DNA from: Candidatus Methylacidiphilales bacterium
GTDB taxonomy: Bacteria > Verrucomicrobiota > Verrucomicrobiia > Methylacidiphilales > JAAUTS01
Assembly: GCA_038250235.1 (NCBI GenBank)
Contig: JBBSCO010000007.1
Span: forward strand, 1,477-65,476
DNA: 64,000 nucleotides
Direction of reading: 5' to 3'
Each line of letters opens with the position of its first letter. The first letter of the stretch is position 1. A program made the translations under genes and the position numbers. Below are positions 54,502 to 63,819 of this stretch, piece after piece. A model generated the notes under the pieces. That model saw only the letters and a list, made by a program, of their open reading frames with translations, had not been told where the DNA came from and made no database searches.

Positions 54502-54603
54502 TAACGCAAAGACGCAAAGGTTTGAAGACGCAAGGAAAATAATTGGACGAATAAACAAGAGAATTGGAAATAGCGTCTTATGCCCTTTGCCTCTTTGCGT
54601 TAA
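54502..54603. repeat. REP-like long hairpin between nusB and ftsY
   Basis: TAACGCAAAGACGCAAAGG (54502-54520) is complementary to CCTTTGCCTCTTTGCGTTA within 54583-54603, with one mismatch and a loop of about 62 nt. The nusB stop codon (54600-54602) lies in the right arm. The same 19-mer occurs at 9371-9389. Confidence 0.6.
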
Positions 54604-55082
54604 GTCTTTTTGGTCCCCGCTTCACGGGCGGGACGATCCAGCTCCTTGCGGGCGCGGTCGAGGATGCCGTTGACGAATTTACCGGACTCGAAGCTGCTCA
54701 GGGTTTTGGCGATTTCAATCGCTTCATTTATGGCCACGACCGGGGGCACTTCGGGACAGAAGTACATTTCATAAAGTGCCAGACGGATGATATTTTTATC
54801 AACCGGGGCCATGCGCTGGAGATCCCAGTTGTCGGAAACTTTTTTGAGGGTTTCGTCGATGGAGGACTTGTGTTTCATTACACCGTGGATCAGCGGCAGG
54901 GCAAAGTCCCGGACTTTGTCTTCGGGTCCGGACATGTGTAGGAAAAGCTCCAGCCCTTCCTCCACCTTCTGGGTGGGGCCGACTTCGTGTTGATAGAGGA
55001 ATTGAACCGCCAAGGTGCGGCCATCGCGACGTTTACCCACAAAAACCTCCCTTGGAGGTATGGTCCAAAATACAAACTGCAA
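54600..55082 (-). CDS. nusB: Transcription antitermination factor NusB
   Basis: Motifs are RRDGRTLAVQFLYQ, the mid-protein WDLQRMAPVDKNIIRLALYEM and AINEAIEIAK. It occupies the conserved position downstream of ribH. The start may be the internal GTG (VGKRRDG). Confidence 0.8.
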   Translation of the reverse strand: MQFVFWTIPPREVFVGKRRDGRTLAVQFLYQHEVGPTQKVEEGLELFLHMSGPEDKVRDFALPLIHGVMKHKSSIDETLKKVSDNWDLQRMAPVDKNIIRLALYEMYFCPEVPPVVAINEAIEIAKTLSSFESGKFVNGILDRARKELDRPAREAGTKKT

Positions 55083-55156
55083 TTTCCAAGGGCTTGCTGA
55101 TGCGATGTTTCATGAGGTGTGGGTGAAAAGTTGTCTTTATTGGAAATTGGAACCTG

Positions 55157-55612
55157 TTAGTTGGTATTTTTGGAATTTTCAGCCATTAGCATGAGCGCGG
55201 CTTCGGCTGCTTCCCTGCCACGGTTCAGCTTTTTGCCGAAACAGCGTTCCTTGGCCTGCTTTTCATTTTGAACCATCAGGATCTGGTGGATGACAGGTTT
55301 GTTATAGCGGAGCATCAGGTCCATCAGAAAATGGGTGGCAGCGGACCCGATCAGGTCGGCATGGGCCGTTTTACCCTGCCAGATGACACCGAAGGCAATC
55401 ACGGCGTTGATCTGTTTTTTTTCAAGGAGGCGCTGGGCGGCCAGTGGAATTTCAAAAGCTCCGGGGACCCGCACGATCTCCGTCGGAGTGGATCCAAGGC
55501 TTTTCAGACAGGCTTTCAGCATGCCGTCGACATATTCCTGATTGAACATACCCGCAACGATGCCGATACGTTTTTTTTGGAAATCGGGAATTGAACCCTG
55601 AACTTTTTTCAC
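55157..55612 (-). CDS. ribH: 6,7-dimethyl-8-ribityllumazine synthase
   Basis: The 151-aa product contains RIGIVAGMFNQEYVDGML, VPGAFEIPLAA and GVIWQGKTAHADLI. Confidence 0.9.
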   Translation of the reverse strand: MKKVQGSIPDFQKKRIGIVAGMFNQEYVDGMLKACLKSLGSTPTEIVRVPGAFEIPLAAQRLLEKKQINAVIAFGVIWQGKTAHADLIGSAATHFLMDLMLRYNKPVIHQILMVQNEKQAKERCFGKKLNRGREAAEAALMLMAENSKNTN

Positions 55613-56835
55613 AAGAGGTGCCCCATCTTGGTTTTTTTTACGTCGAGATATTTTTTGTTGTGTTTGTTGGCGCGGACTTTGATCGGAACCTGACCGACCA
55701 GCTCCAGGCCATAGCCGGAAAGGCCCACGACTTTCTTGGGATTATTGGTCATGATGCGCATCTTGCGCACTCCGATGTCACACAGGATCTGGGCTCCCAG
55801 TCCGTATTCGCGCAGGTCAGGACCAAAGCCGAGTTTTACATTGGCTTCTACGGTGTCGTAACCTTCCTGCTGCAACTTGTAGGCATGGATCTTGGCCGCC
55901 AATCCGATGCCGCGTCCTTCCTGTCGCATGTAAACAAGAACACCTTTTCCCTCACGCTCAATCATCGACAGGGCATCGTGAAGCTGGTTGCCGCAGTCGC
56001 ATTTGCGCGAGCCGAAAACATCCCCGGTCAAACATTCGCTGTGAACCCGCACCAGAATCGGCGTGGCGGTGCTGATCTTGCCTTTGACCAAAGCGAGATG
56101 GTGATTGCCGTCGACCGCTGAGCGGTAGAGGTAGAGGTCAAACATCCCGTAGTCTGTGGGAAGTTTGATCACCTGTTCCCGGATGATGAGGCGCTCATTG
56201 CGGCGACGGTATTCAATCAGGTCGAGAATGGTGCCGATTTTGATTTTGTGTTTTTTGGCGAAGGACAGAAGCTGCGGCAGACGGGCCATGGTTCCATCTT
56301 CATTGAGGATTTCGCAGATAACGGCGGATTCATCCAGGCCTGCCAGCCGTGAGATATCTACGGCGGCTTCCGTGTGGCCTGCCCGCTGGAGAACGCCGCC
56401 TTCTTTGGCCTGAAGCGGAAAGACATGGCCGGGTTGAACCAGGGCGGAAGGTTTGGATTTGGAATTGGCCAGGATTTTGATGGTGGCGGCGCGGTCGGCG
56501 GCACTGATGCCGGTCGTCACCCCTTTGGCCGCATCGACTGAGACGGTGAAATCGGTTTTAAAGCTCTCGCGGTTTTCCACCACCATCCGTTGCAGTCCCA
56601 ACTGGGCGGCACGCTGGTGGGTGATGGGTGAGCAAATGAGGCCACGTCCATGCATGGCCATAAAATTGATCGCGGCAGGTGTGATTTTTTCTGCTGCCAT
56701 GATAAGGTCGCCCTCGTTTTCACGGTCGGAATCGTCGGTCAGGATGACCATTTTGCCTTTGCGGATGTCGGCGATGACGTCCTCGATCGGATCGAAGCTC
56801 TTGGGAAGCGTTGTCGGAGGCTTGGGCGTTTTCAT
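55609..56835 (-). CDS. ribBA: Bifunctional 3,4-dihydroxy-2-butanone-4-phosphate synthase / GTP cyclohydrolase II
   Basis: The RibB motifs are DRENEGDLIMAAE and MAMHGRGLIC. The RibA motifs are VRVHSECLTGDVFGSRKCDCG and LVYMRQEGRGIGL. There is a 4-nt overlap with ribH. Confidence 0.9.
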   Translation of the reverse strand: MKTPKPPTTLPKSFDPIEDVIADIRKGKMVILTDDSDRENEGDLIMAAEKITPAAINFMAMHGRGLICSPITHQRAAQLGLQRMVVENRESFKTDFTVSVDAAKGVTTGISAADRAATIKILANSKSKPSALVQPGHVFPLQAKEGGVLQRAGHTEAAVDISRLAGLDESAVICEILNEDGTMARLPQLLSFAKKHKIKIGTILDLIEYRRRNERLIIREQVIKLPTDYGMFDLYLYRSAVDGNHHLALVKGKISTATPILVRVHSECLTGDVFGSRKCDCGNQLHDALSMIEREGKGVLVYMRQEGRGIGLAAKIHAYKLQQEGYDTVEANVKLGFGPDLREYGLGAQILCDIGVRKMRIMTNNPKKVVGLSGYGLELVGQVPIKVRANKHNKKYLDVKKTKMGHLL

Positions 56836-56909
56836 GTCAGAGAGCTGATCGAAGATAAACCAGCCCTCAGCATGAATCTACTGCAAAATAATGGAAAACA
56901 AATCCGTTT

Positions 56910-58043
56910 CTAGGCAACCCCTGAAGCGGGAACAGGCAGGGTGACGGCGTGCTGGTAGGCCGGGTCTTTTTCCTGGCGCTTCAGGATGCTTATGATTTCC
57001 CGCCAGACAGCGCGAAGTCCCTGCGGAGTGGGTGGCAGGTCGTGCCGGATCAGGGAGTGCAATTTCTTCAGGTGATAGCAGGGTACGGCGGCATACATGT
57101 GATGCTCGATGTGGTAGTTCATCTGCCAGTAAAGGAAACGGACAAGGGGATCAAGGGTGTAGGTCCGGGCGCAGAGCCGGAAATCCGCGACATTGTCCTG
57201 AAGTCCCACATGCTGGGTGTTGTTGCAAAGGTAGAAAAGAAAGGCCCCGTAACAAGGGATCATGCTGACCAGAAGTGGAATCATCCAGTGTCCGGTCGCG
57301 ATCGTGAGGACAAGAATAAGGGCATGGCCTCCAAGAAGGATGCGCGCCCAGCGAACGGGTGCCTGGCGTTTTCCCGCAGAGGAAGGGGGAAAGAGGGTCA
57401 TTTCCCATTCGCCTGAAAAACGTCCGCAGGCAATGCGCCAGGTGGATTCCAAAACCTGTCGAGGGGTATGGATGTTGATAAAGCCGTCACGCAAAAAATG
57501 GCGCAGGATGATTTTTGAGGGAAGGACCACCTCAAGGTCGTCGGGAGGATGGAGGGTGTAGCGATGGTGCCGTGTATGACTGGCCTGGAACATTTCATGG
57601 TTGATCCAGCCCGGGAAAGCCAGCAGGTGGCAGAAGAAGGTATTCAGCCAGCGGGTTTTGAAAACGGTGCCGTGGCCGAGCTCGTGCACCGCGTTGATGA
57701 GGAAACTGCCTACGGTTCCATGGATAAGGATAAGAACGATCGTCATCCACCAGGGCCACGCGGAGCTGGAGTGATACGCCAGGGTTCCTGTCATGAGCAG
57801 GATGCCCAGGTAACCCAAAGTCTGGAAGGCGCCTTGGAGATTGCTTTTGCGGTGCAGATCCTTCACCTGGGCGGTTGTCAGCGGACTGCGATACCAGGTG
57901 ACGGCGGCGCCTCTTCGTATGCTTTCGGTAAGCTCGGAGAGGGGAGGTTCTTCTTTCAACAGGGAAGCGGGACTGTTCATTTCCTGAGCTTGGCAGAAAG
58001 CTGTCTGCTTGACTTTCAAGACAATCGCGCAATACAATATCAA
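56910..58043 (-). CDS. Membrane fatty-acid desaturase family protein
   Basis: The three His boxes are HELGHG, HTRHHRY and HIEHHMY, with transmembrane helices in between. The more likely start is MNSPASLL at 57980. Confidence 0.8.
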   Translation of the reverse strand: MILYCAIVLKVKQTAFCQAQEMNSPASLLKEEPPLSELTESIRRGAAVTWYRSPLTTAQVKDLHRKSNLQGAFQTLGYLGILLMTGTLAYHSSSAWPWWMTIVLILIHGTVGSFLINAVHELGHGTVFKTRWLNTFFCHLLAFPGWINHEMFQASHTRHHRYTLHPPDDLEVVLPSKIILRHFLRDGFINIHTPRQVLESTWRIACGRFSGEWEMTLFPPSSAGKRQAPVRWARILLGGHALILVLTIATGHWMIPLLVSMIPCYGAFLFYLCNNTQHVGLQDNVADFRLCARTYTLDPLVRFLYWQMNYHIEHHMYAAVPCYHLKKLHSLIRHDLPPTPQGLRAVWREIISILKRQEKDPAYQHAVTLPVPASGVA

Positions 58044-58045
58044 AC

Positions 58046-58945
58046 ATGCCGCCTTCCCATTCCCTCCTGAGCCGTCGCCGCCTGCAGATGAACTTTGGAC
58101 CCATGGGAATTCCGGAGGTTCCGATGCTCGGCAGATACAATTACATACGGGCCGAGCAGGCCTTGCCCGAACATGCGCATGGAGACATCCTTGAAATCTG
58201 TTTCCTGGTAAAGGGTCGGCAGACCTACCGGGTGGGTGGACGCGACTATCATCTGCGGGGAGGGGATCTCTTTGTGGCCTTTCCCCAGGAGCGGCACAGC
58301 TCGGCCGGGAATCCCCAGGAAAAGGGGATCCTGTATTGGATGATGCTCAGGAAGGCTGGACGTGTTTTTCTGGGCCTCCCTCCGAAGGAAGCCGCGGGAT
58401 TCTGGAAAGCCCTCTGCAATCTTTCCTTGCGGCATTTCCGCGGTTCCTGGGAAATCAAGAGGCAACTGGATTCCCTGACTGTCCTGTTCAACGGGGCGGA
58501 TTCTGCGTTGAGAAGCACCGCAATGATTTCCGGGACCTTGTCCTTTCTTTTGGAAGTTTTGAAATGTGCAAAATCGGGGCGGGGTGAACGGGAAACGAGC
58601 CGCAGGTTGGATCCGGTTTATCGTCACATCCAACAGCACCTGGACGAGCCCCTTTCTGTCCCGCACATGGCGGAAAAAGCAGGCCTGTCCGTCGCGCGTT
58701 TCAAGGCCCGCTTCAAGGAGGAAACAGGATTACCACCCGGGGAATTTGTATTGCGCGCCCGGATTGATGAAGCCAAAGAGAGGCTCGTTAAAGGCGGGGT
58801 TTCCGTTACCGATATTGCCTACGGCCTGGGATTTTCCTCGTCACAATATTTTGCCACGGTCTTCAAACGCTTCAGCGGCGAGACTCCCAGCGCATTCCTG
58901 CAGAAAAAACCCGCAAAAAGGAGGTTCAGGGCGAAGCGAAGCTGA
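58046..58945 (+). CDS. AraC-family transcriptional regulator with N-terminal cupin domain
   Basis: The cupin-like segment is HAHGDILEICFLVKGRQ. The C-terminal dual helix-turn-helix includes MAEKAGLSVARFKARFKEETGLPPGEF and IAYGLGFSSSQYFATVFKRFSGETP. It is divergent from the desaturase gene with only a 2-nt spacer if both long starts are used. Confidence 0.8.
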   Translation: MPPSHSLLSRRRLQMNFGPMGIPEVPMLGRYNYIRAEQALPEHAHGDILEICFLVKGRQTYRVGGRDYHLRGGDLFVAFPQERHSSAGNPQEKGILYWMMLRKAGRVFLGLPPKEAAGFWKALCNLSLRHFRGSWEIKRQLDSLTVLFNGADSALRSTAMISGTLSFLLEVLKCAKSGRGERETSRRLDPVYRHIQQHLDEPLSVPHMAEKAGLSVARFKARFKEETGLPPGEFVLRARIDEAKERLVKGGVSVTDIAYGLGFSSSQYFATVFKRFSGETPSAFLQKKPAKRRFRAKRS

Positions 58946-59056
58946 AGGGCCGGGCTCCCGATACTTCGGCTTCGCTCAGAATAACTTGGCAGTGGACGGA
59001 TCTGTTGATTGTGCCTGTGGGTCTTCCGTTTCACTCCAACCTGACCCTAGGGTGAA

Positions 59057-62000
59057 TTACGAATCCAGGAGATAGCGAAAATCGTCCAGGGTCAGGGCTT
59101 CATTGAAACCACCGTCACCAATAACATCGGTCGCGAGTTGTTTCTTCATGCTCTGTAGTTTTCGGATCTTTTCTTCGATGGTGTTGCGGGTCAGCATGCG
59201 GTAGGCGAATACGGTCTGTTTCTGTCCGATGCGGTGGGTCCGATCGATGGCCTGGGCTTCGACGGCGGGATTCCACCAGGGATCAAACAGATAGACGTAG
59301 CTGGCGGCGGTCAGGTTGAGGCCGCTGCCTCCTGCTTTTAACGAGATGAGGAAGGTGGCGGGACCCTGGTGGTTTTGAAAGGATTCGACCAGCGCGGATC
59401 GGTTTTCCGTTTTCCCCGTCAGCAGAAACGAGGCGGACTGATGTTCTTTCAGGGCCTCGTCAAGGATTTCCAGCATTTCCACCCATTGGCTGAAGATCAG
59501 GACTTTGTTACCCTCTTCCAGAACGGTGTCGAGATGTTCCAGTAGCATTTCCACCTTGGCCGATCCGGCTTTTTTCTGGTCTTCGACGGCCAGGCCGGGG
59601 TGGCAGCAGATCTGGCGCAGGCGCAACAGGGATGTCAGGAGGTGGAAACGCTGCTGTTCAAATTGTTTGGAGGTCTGGATTTTGAGAAGATGTTGCTGCG
59701 CCCGTTTCAACTCGGCCTGATACAGGGTCTGCTGGGAGCCCTCCAATTCGCAATAGAGATCCTCTTCGATGCGGGGAGGCAGATCGGAAGCCACCTGCTG
59801 CTTGTTGCGCCGGAGGAAGAATGGACGAAGACGGACGCCCAGACGTCGTGCTGCCAGAGGATTGCTATCGCCGTCGAATTTTCCGGAGAAAGCTTTTTTG
59901 GTTCCGAGAATACCCGGCATGGCGTAGGACATGAGACTCCAGACATCGAGCAGACGATTTTCCACCGGTGTTCCGCTCAGGGCTACGCGGTGGGCGCTGT
60001 TGAGCATTTTGGCCAACTGGGCGGTCTGGGACCCGGGGTTTTTGATGGCCTGGGCTTCGTCCAGGATGGTGGCCTGCCATGTTACGGGCAACAGTTCATC
60101 CGAGCGTAAACGCAATTGGGCATAGTTGCAGACAAGCAGAGCTTTCGATTCGATGGCTTCCCGGACGGCGTTGGGGTCTTTGCGGGCCATGACGCGCACG
60201 GGGAGTTCCGGGGCAAAGCGTTTGACTTCGGATTCCCAGACATCAACGACGGATTTTGGACAAACCACGAGAGAAGCCCTGGCTCCTTCTTTTTCCCGAA
60301 GCCAGAGCAACCAGGTAAGTGTTTGCAGGGTTTTTCCCAAGCCCATGTCATCGGCCAGGAGCCCGCCGAACTGGTTATTGGAGAGATAGGCCAGGAAGCG
60401 GAACCCATCGATTTGATAGGGGCGGAGGGTGGCCGTGATTCCGGAGGGAATTTCGGCCTGAACTTTGGTTTGGATTTCGCGGCAACGATCCAGAATGGTG
60501 CGGGCGAAATGTTCTGGCAGGGCCCCGCTTTTTGCAGCATCGTTCAGTTGCAGGGCATGAACCCGGTGCTTGCGTCCATCCAGCTCACCGGCATCGAGAC
60601 CAAGCAGGGCGAGATGCTCTTCATCCTCCTGGTTGAGTTTGAATTCCAGTCGTTTCCATCCTTTCCCGGCCAGACGGACATAGCCGCCTTTGGCTTTGAG
60701 CAGGGCTTTCAATTCTTCGCGTGTGAGGGTCAGGTCATCGGTGGAGATGATGGCGGCCAGATCAAACCAGTCCTGGCCTGTGGCATCAAGACGGGTTTCC
60801 AATTTTGCCTGGATGGGTTGGGAGAGAAGTCCACTCAGTTCGCGGTCCAGTTCCATCTCGACATGGTCCCGCCAATACTGTGCCCAGGCGGTAAAGAATT
60901 CCGGAAAGCGGCGGTTGATTTCCAGAACCCAGGCGTTCTGATGGGAATACCACTCGATACCAAGGGCGTCCAGAGCATCCTCCAAAGGACGGAGGGAGGC
61001 GTGATCCAATTGCAGACTGACACCCTTTTTCTTTTTGGAAAGTTCGGCCATGACCCATTCTCCACCTTCGTACAGGGCCATGGTCTTTTTCTTTTCGCAG
61101 GCTACGGCTTCAATGATGAGGCATTCACGCCTGGTTTCCGTGCTTTCCCCGATCCGGCAGCGCAGGACAGGACGGGCCTGGCAGAATTCGATCCCCTTTG
61201 TCAGGGAAGCGGGAGGGGGTATTTGGAATTGCAGAAGCCAGGTGATCTTACGGTTGTCACTGAATAGAGTGCGTGGAATACGCATGGACCGGCCCAGGCC
61301 CAGGCGGTCGGCTGCGGGAGGTGCCGGATAGAGGAATTGGTCGGTGACGACCCAGGCAGGTTCGGAGGCGACCAAGATGAAAGCCTCCTTGAAAGGAACC
61401 CCGTCCCACATCAATTGAATCAGATAATGGGTTTCGTCCTCAAGCAGTTCCCAATTGAGCGGATGATCGGCGCGTTCATGCGGCTGGCCGTCCGGGCGGA
61501 CGACACGATCCTGGAATCCGGCTGTGTTGAGCAGGAAGGCCAGGGTGTCGGCCAGAGGATCATCGATTTGTATGCGTGAACTGGAACTTGTGCGCTGGTA
61601 GTAGGCCAGGATGGATTGCCAGACCAGATTGGATGGAGCAGAGGAAGGCTGGACTTCGATATCGGATTGCCTGACCCATTTCAAGAGCTGGGTTAAGGAG
61701 AGTTCTGTGAAATCCTGTCCACCCATGCGGTGCTCGATGGCCAGACCTTCGGCCCCCAGAACAAAGCGAAAATCGAGATGTCGGAAGCTGCGGTTTTTGC
61801 TTTTGAGGGATTCCCGCCTCCGGATAATATCATCCCACTCATCGGCTTCTTCCTGAAGATGGAAATCTTCGATAGCTTTGGCTATTTTGGGCGGAGGAGG
61901 TGGAAGCATGGCATAACCAGGGGGCAGGCTGCCGACCTTGCGTTGCAGAGCTTCCAGCAAAAAATAAAAAAACGATTCCTGGGAGAGGGGTGGTTCCGGC

Positions 62001-62596
62001 CAAAGGCTGACGTATTGGTCACTGATGCTGCCCCTTGGCCATCCCGGAATCAATGGATGCAGATCCGATTCCCTCAAAAGAAGCTCGTCGTGGAAATAGT
62101 CGCGATAAATATTACCGAGGCGTTGAAGGAAGCCGTGCAGTTCTGGAGGGGCGGGGCTTTTGGTTTTTGTTTCAAACCAGCCCAGGAAGTCGGCTTTTTT
62201 GGGAATATTTTTTTCCGTCCCTATTTTCTGACTCTCCTGCCGTATGGGTTTCAGGCTTTCGGCATGAAGGGTATTTTGGGGTTCGAGATGGGCTTGGATT
62301 TTCAGAAGAACGGCATAGGCATGCTTGCAGTTTTCACCCACTGGACAGCTGCATTCGTTCTGCCACGGGCCGTTTTTTGATTTCTTGAACCAACGGGTTT
62401 TGTAGAGTTTGGTGCCTTCGACCAGGGCATTCCAAGAGAAGCTTTCTGCATCGTGATGCAGTTCCTCCACCGCCTTGATTCTGGCGTAATCGGCTCCACG
62501 CATTACCGTTTTGGGATTAAATATCCCTGACAACGATTTAAGGTGTGGTCCGTCGTTTTTTATGGAGAGGGTTGGGGGGAGGTGGCTTTTTCTCAC
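59057..62596 (-). CDS. SNF2-family helicase with N-terminal SWIM zinc finger
   Basis: The SWIM motif is CSCPVGENCKHAYAVLL. The helicase motifs are LADDMGLGKTLQTL (I), ILDEAQAIKN (II) and SLKAGGSGLNLTAASYVYLFDPWWNPAVEAQAIDRTHRIGQ (V-VI). Confidence 0.85.
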   Translation of the reverse strand: MRKSHLPPTLSIKNDGPHLKSLSGIFNPKTVMRGADYARIKAVEELHHDAESFSWNALVEGTKLYKTRWFKKSKNGPWQNECSCPVGENCKHAYAVLLKIQAHLEPQNTLHAESLKPIRQESQKIGTEKNIPKKADFLGWFETKTKSPAPPELHGFLQRLGNIYRDYFHDELLLRESDLHPLIPGWPRGSISDQYVSLWPEPPLSQESFFYFLLEALQRKVGSLPPGYAMLPPPPPKIAKAIEDFHLQEEADEWDDIIRRRESLKSKNRSFRHLDFRFVLGAEGLAIEHRMGGQDFTELSLTQLLKWVRQSDIEVQPSSAPSNLVWQSILAYYQRTSSSSRIQIDDPLADTLAFLLNTAGFQDRVVRPDGQPHERADHPLNWELLEDETHYLIQLMWDGVPFKEAFILVASEPAWVVTDQFLYPAPPAADRLGLGRSMRIPRTLFSDNRKITWLLQFQIPPPASLTKGIEFCQARPVLRCRIGESTETRRECLIIEAVACEKKKTMALYEGGEWVMAELSKKKKGVSLQLDHASLRPLEDALDALGIEWYSHQNAWVLEINRRFPEFFTAWAQYWRDHVEMELDRELSGLLSQPIQAKLETRLDATGQDWFDLAAIISTDDLTLTREELKALLKAKGGYVRLAGKGWKRLEFKLNQEDEEHLALLGLDAGELDGRKHRVHALQLNDAAKSGALPEHFARTILDRCREIQTKVQAEIPSGITATLRPYQIDGFRFLAYLSNNQFGGLLADDMGLGKTLQTLTWLLWLREKEGARASLVVCPKSVVDVWESEVKRFAPELPVRVMARKDPNAVREAIESKALLVCNYAQLRLRSDELLPVTWQATILDEAQAIKNPGSQTAQLAKMLNSAHRVALSGTPVENRLLDVWSLMSYAMPGILGTKKAFSGKFDGDSNPLAARRLGVRLRPFFLRRNKQQVASDLPPRIEEDLYCELEGSQQTLYQAELKRAQQHLLKIQTSKQFEQQRFHLLTSLLRLRQICCHPGLAVEDQKKAGSAKVEMLLEHLDTVLEEGNKVLIFSQWVEMLEILDEALKEHQSASFLLTGKTENRSALVESFQNHQGPATFLISLKAGGSGLNLTAASYVYLFDPWWNPAVEAQAIDRTHRIGQKQTVFAYRMLTRNTIEEKIRKLQSMKKQLATDVIGDGGFNEALTLDDFRYLLDS

Positions 62597-62740
62597 GTGG
62601 TGGATATCGTTGGATTCGGGTGCGGATTAGGGGGCTGGTCATCCTAAGGCAGATGTGGAAAGGAATCGACATGTATTTTTGATCAGGGGAGAAAAAACGA
62701 TGAAACTTGGCAAAACAGCCTTTCCAGCCAAGATGGGCCG

Positions 62741-63250
62741 GTGAAGGTGAGCTCTATTGAATTGATCGTGAAGACCCTGAACAAGGCCGGGGTGCGCTAT
62801 CTCGTGGTGGGAGGGGTTGCAGTGAATGCTTACGGATATGGCCGCAGTACCTTTGATCTGGACCTGGTTGTTGAATTGCTTCCGGCTTCTGTGACGAAGG
62901 CCTTCACTGCGTTGGAGGCAGTTGGGTTTAAACCTGTGGTTCCTGTCACTGCGGCACAATTTGGCTACTAAGAAACTCGCGAAAGCTATCTTCGCGACAA
63001 AGGCATGAATGTTCTGCAGTTTTTCAACGACCAGCATCCCGAGACCAAGTTGGATGTTTTTGTTCGTGTACCTTTTGACTTTGATAAGGAATACGCACTT
63101 GCCCGTGTGGAAGAATTGCTTCCTGATGTTCCGGTGCGTTTGGCCCGTCTGGCCACCCTGGTTAAAATGAAACTGGATGCCAATCGTCCCAAAGACCGGG
63201 AAGATGTGGAAAACCTGAAATTGATTTATGGAGAAAACTTTGAGGGTTAA
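62741..63250 (+). pseudogene. Nucleotidyltransferase-fold protein interrupted by one in-frame TAA (62969-62971)
   Basis: Track ORFs 62741-62971 and 63005-63250 are in the same frame. They are joined by TAA plus 11 sense codons (ETRESYLRDKG). The first half has GVRYLVVGGVAVNAYGYGRSTFDLDLVV (NTase G-x-D.D pattern). The second half has VPVRLARLATLVKMKLDANRPKDREDVENL. Confidence 0.55.
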
Positions 63251-63461
63251 TGAGGAGGCAATTGACTGGAGTTTGTGTACCTGGGAAGGGGCACGACGTG
63301 AGCAGCATCGTCGTTACAACCAGTTGTCGTTCCGTAAAAAGATGGAATCTCTTGAAGAAATGTGTGATTTGGGCCGACGCTTTCTGGAGATCAGGAAGAA
63401 AAAAGGGCTTCCTTACATCGATCCGTGCACCGGCGAGGTTGTCAGGCCGGGCAAGGGTTGA
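63228..63461 (+). CDS. Small partner protein of the nucleotidyltransferase (77 aa), hypothetical
   Basis: It overlaps the NTase 3' end by 23 nt. WSLCTWEGARREQHRRYNQLSFRKKMESLEEMCDL resembles small proteins I recall seeing next to such NTase genes. This is recollection only. Confidence 0.4.
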   Translation: MEKTLRVNEEAIDWSLCTWEGARREQHRRYNQLSFRKKMESLEEMCDLGRRFLEIRKKKGLPYIDPCTGEVVRPGKG

Positions 63462-63819
63462 AAGTTAGCGACAGAACCTTTTTAGTCATGAGGCATATTC
63501 GGATTCCGTGATGATGCTTTCCGCCAGTGCAGAGGCCTCATTTAGACGTGTGACCATCTGATCTGGAAAAAGTAACTGCATTCTTTTCATGTCTACATGC
63601 CAATGCAGACTATTTAATAGGTCAAAAGAGCAACCCCTGGAAAGCCGGGATCGCGGACTGTCTGAAGTGTTAAGCGGTCAATTAAAAGGTGTCCTGACCA
63701 CGAAGTTTCTGAAAGTCCCCTTAAAATCAATGGGCGATATTGCCCACGCCCTTCATCCCGATGTTGGTGAGAAGTCTGGTAATTTTTCTAGCTGGTAGTT
63801 AGGTATCCTTGCGTAACCA

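Noticed and set aside
60116-61267. A 383-aa plus-strand ORF.
   Set aside because: It is antisense to the SNF2 helicase gene, which has all the helicase motifs.
63589-63798. A 69-aa plus-strand ORF.
   Set aside because: It has no recognisable motif, Cys/Arg-rich odd composition at the N-terminus, and sits among decayed fragments. It is probably non-coding.
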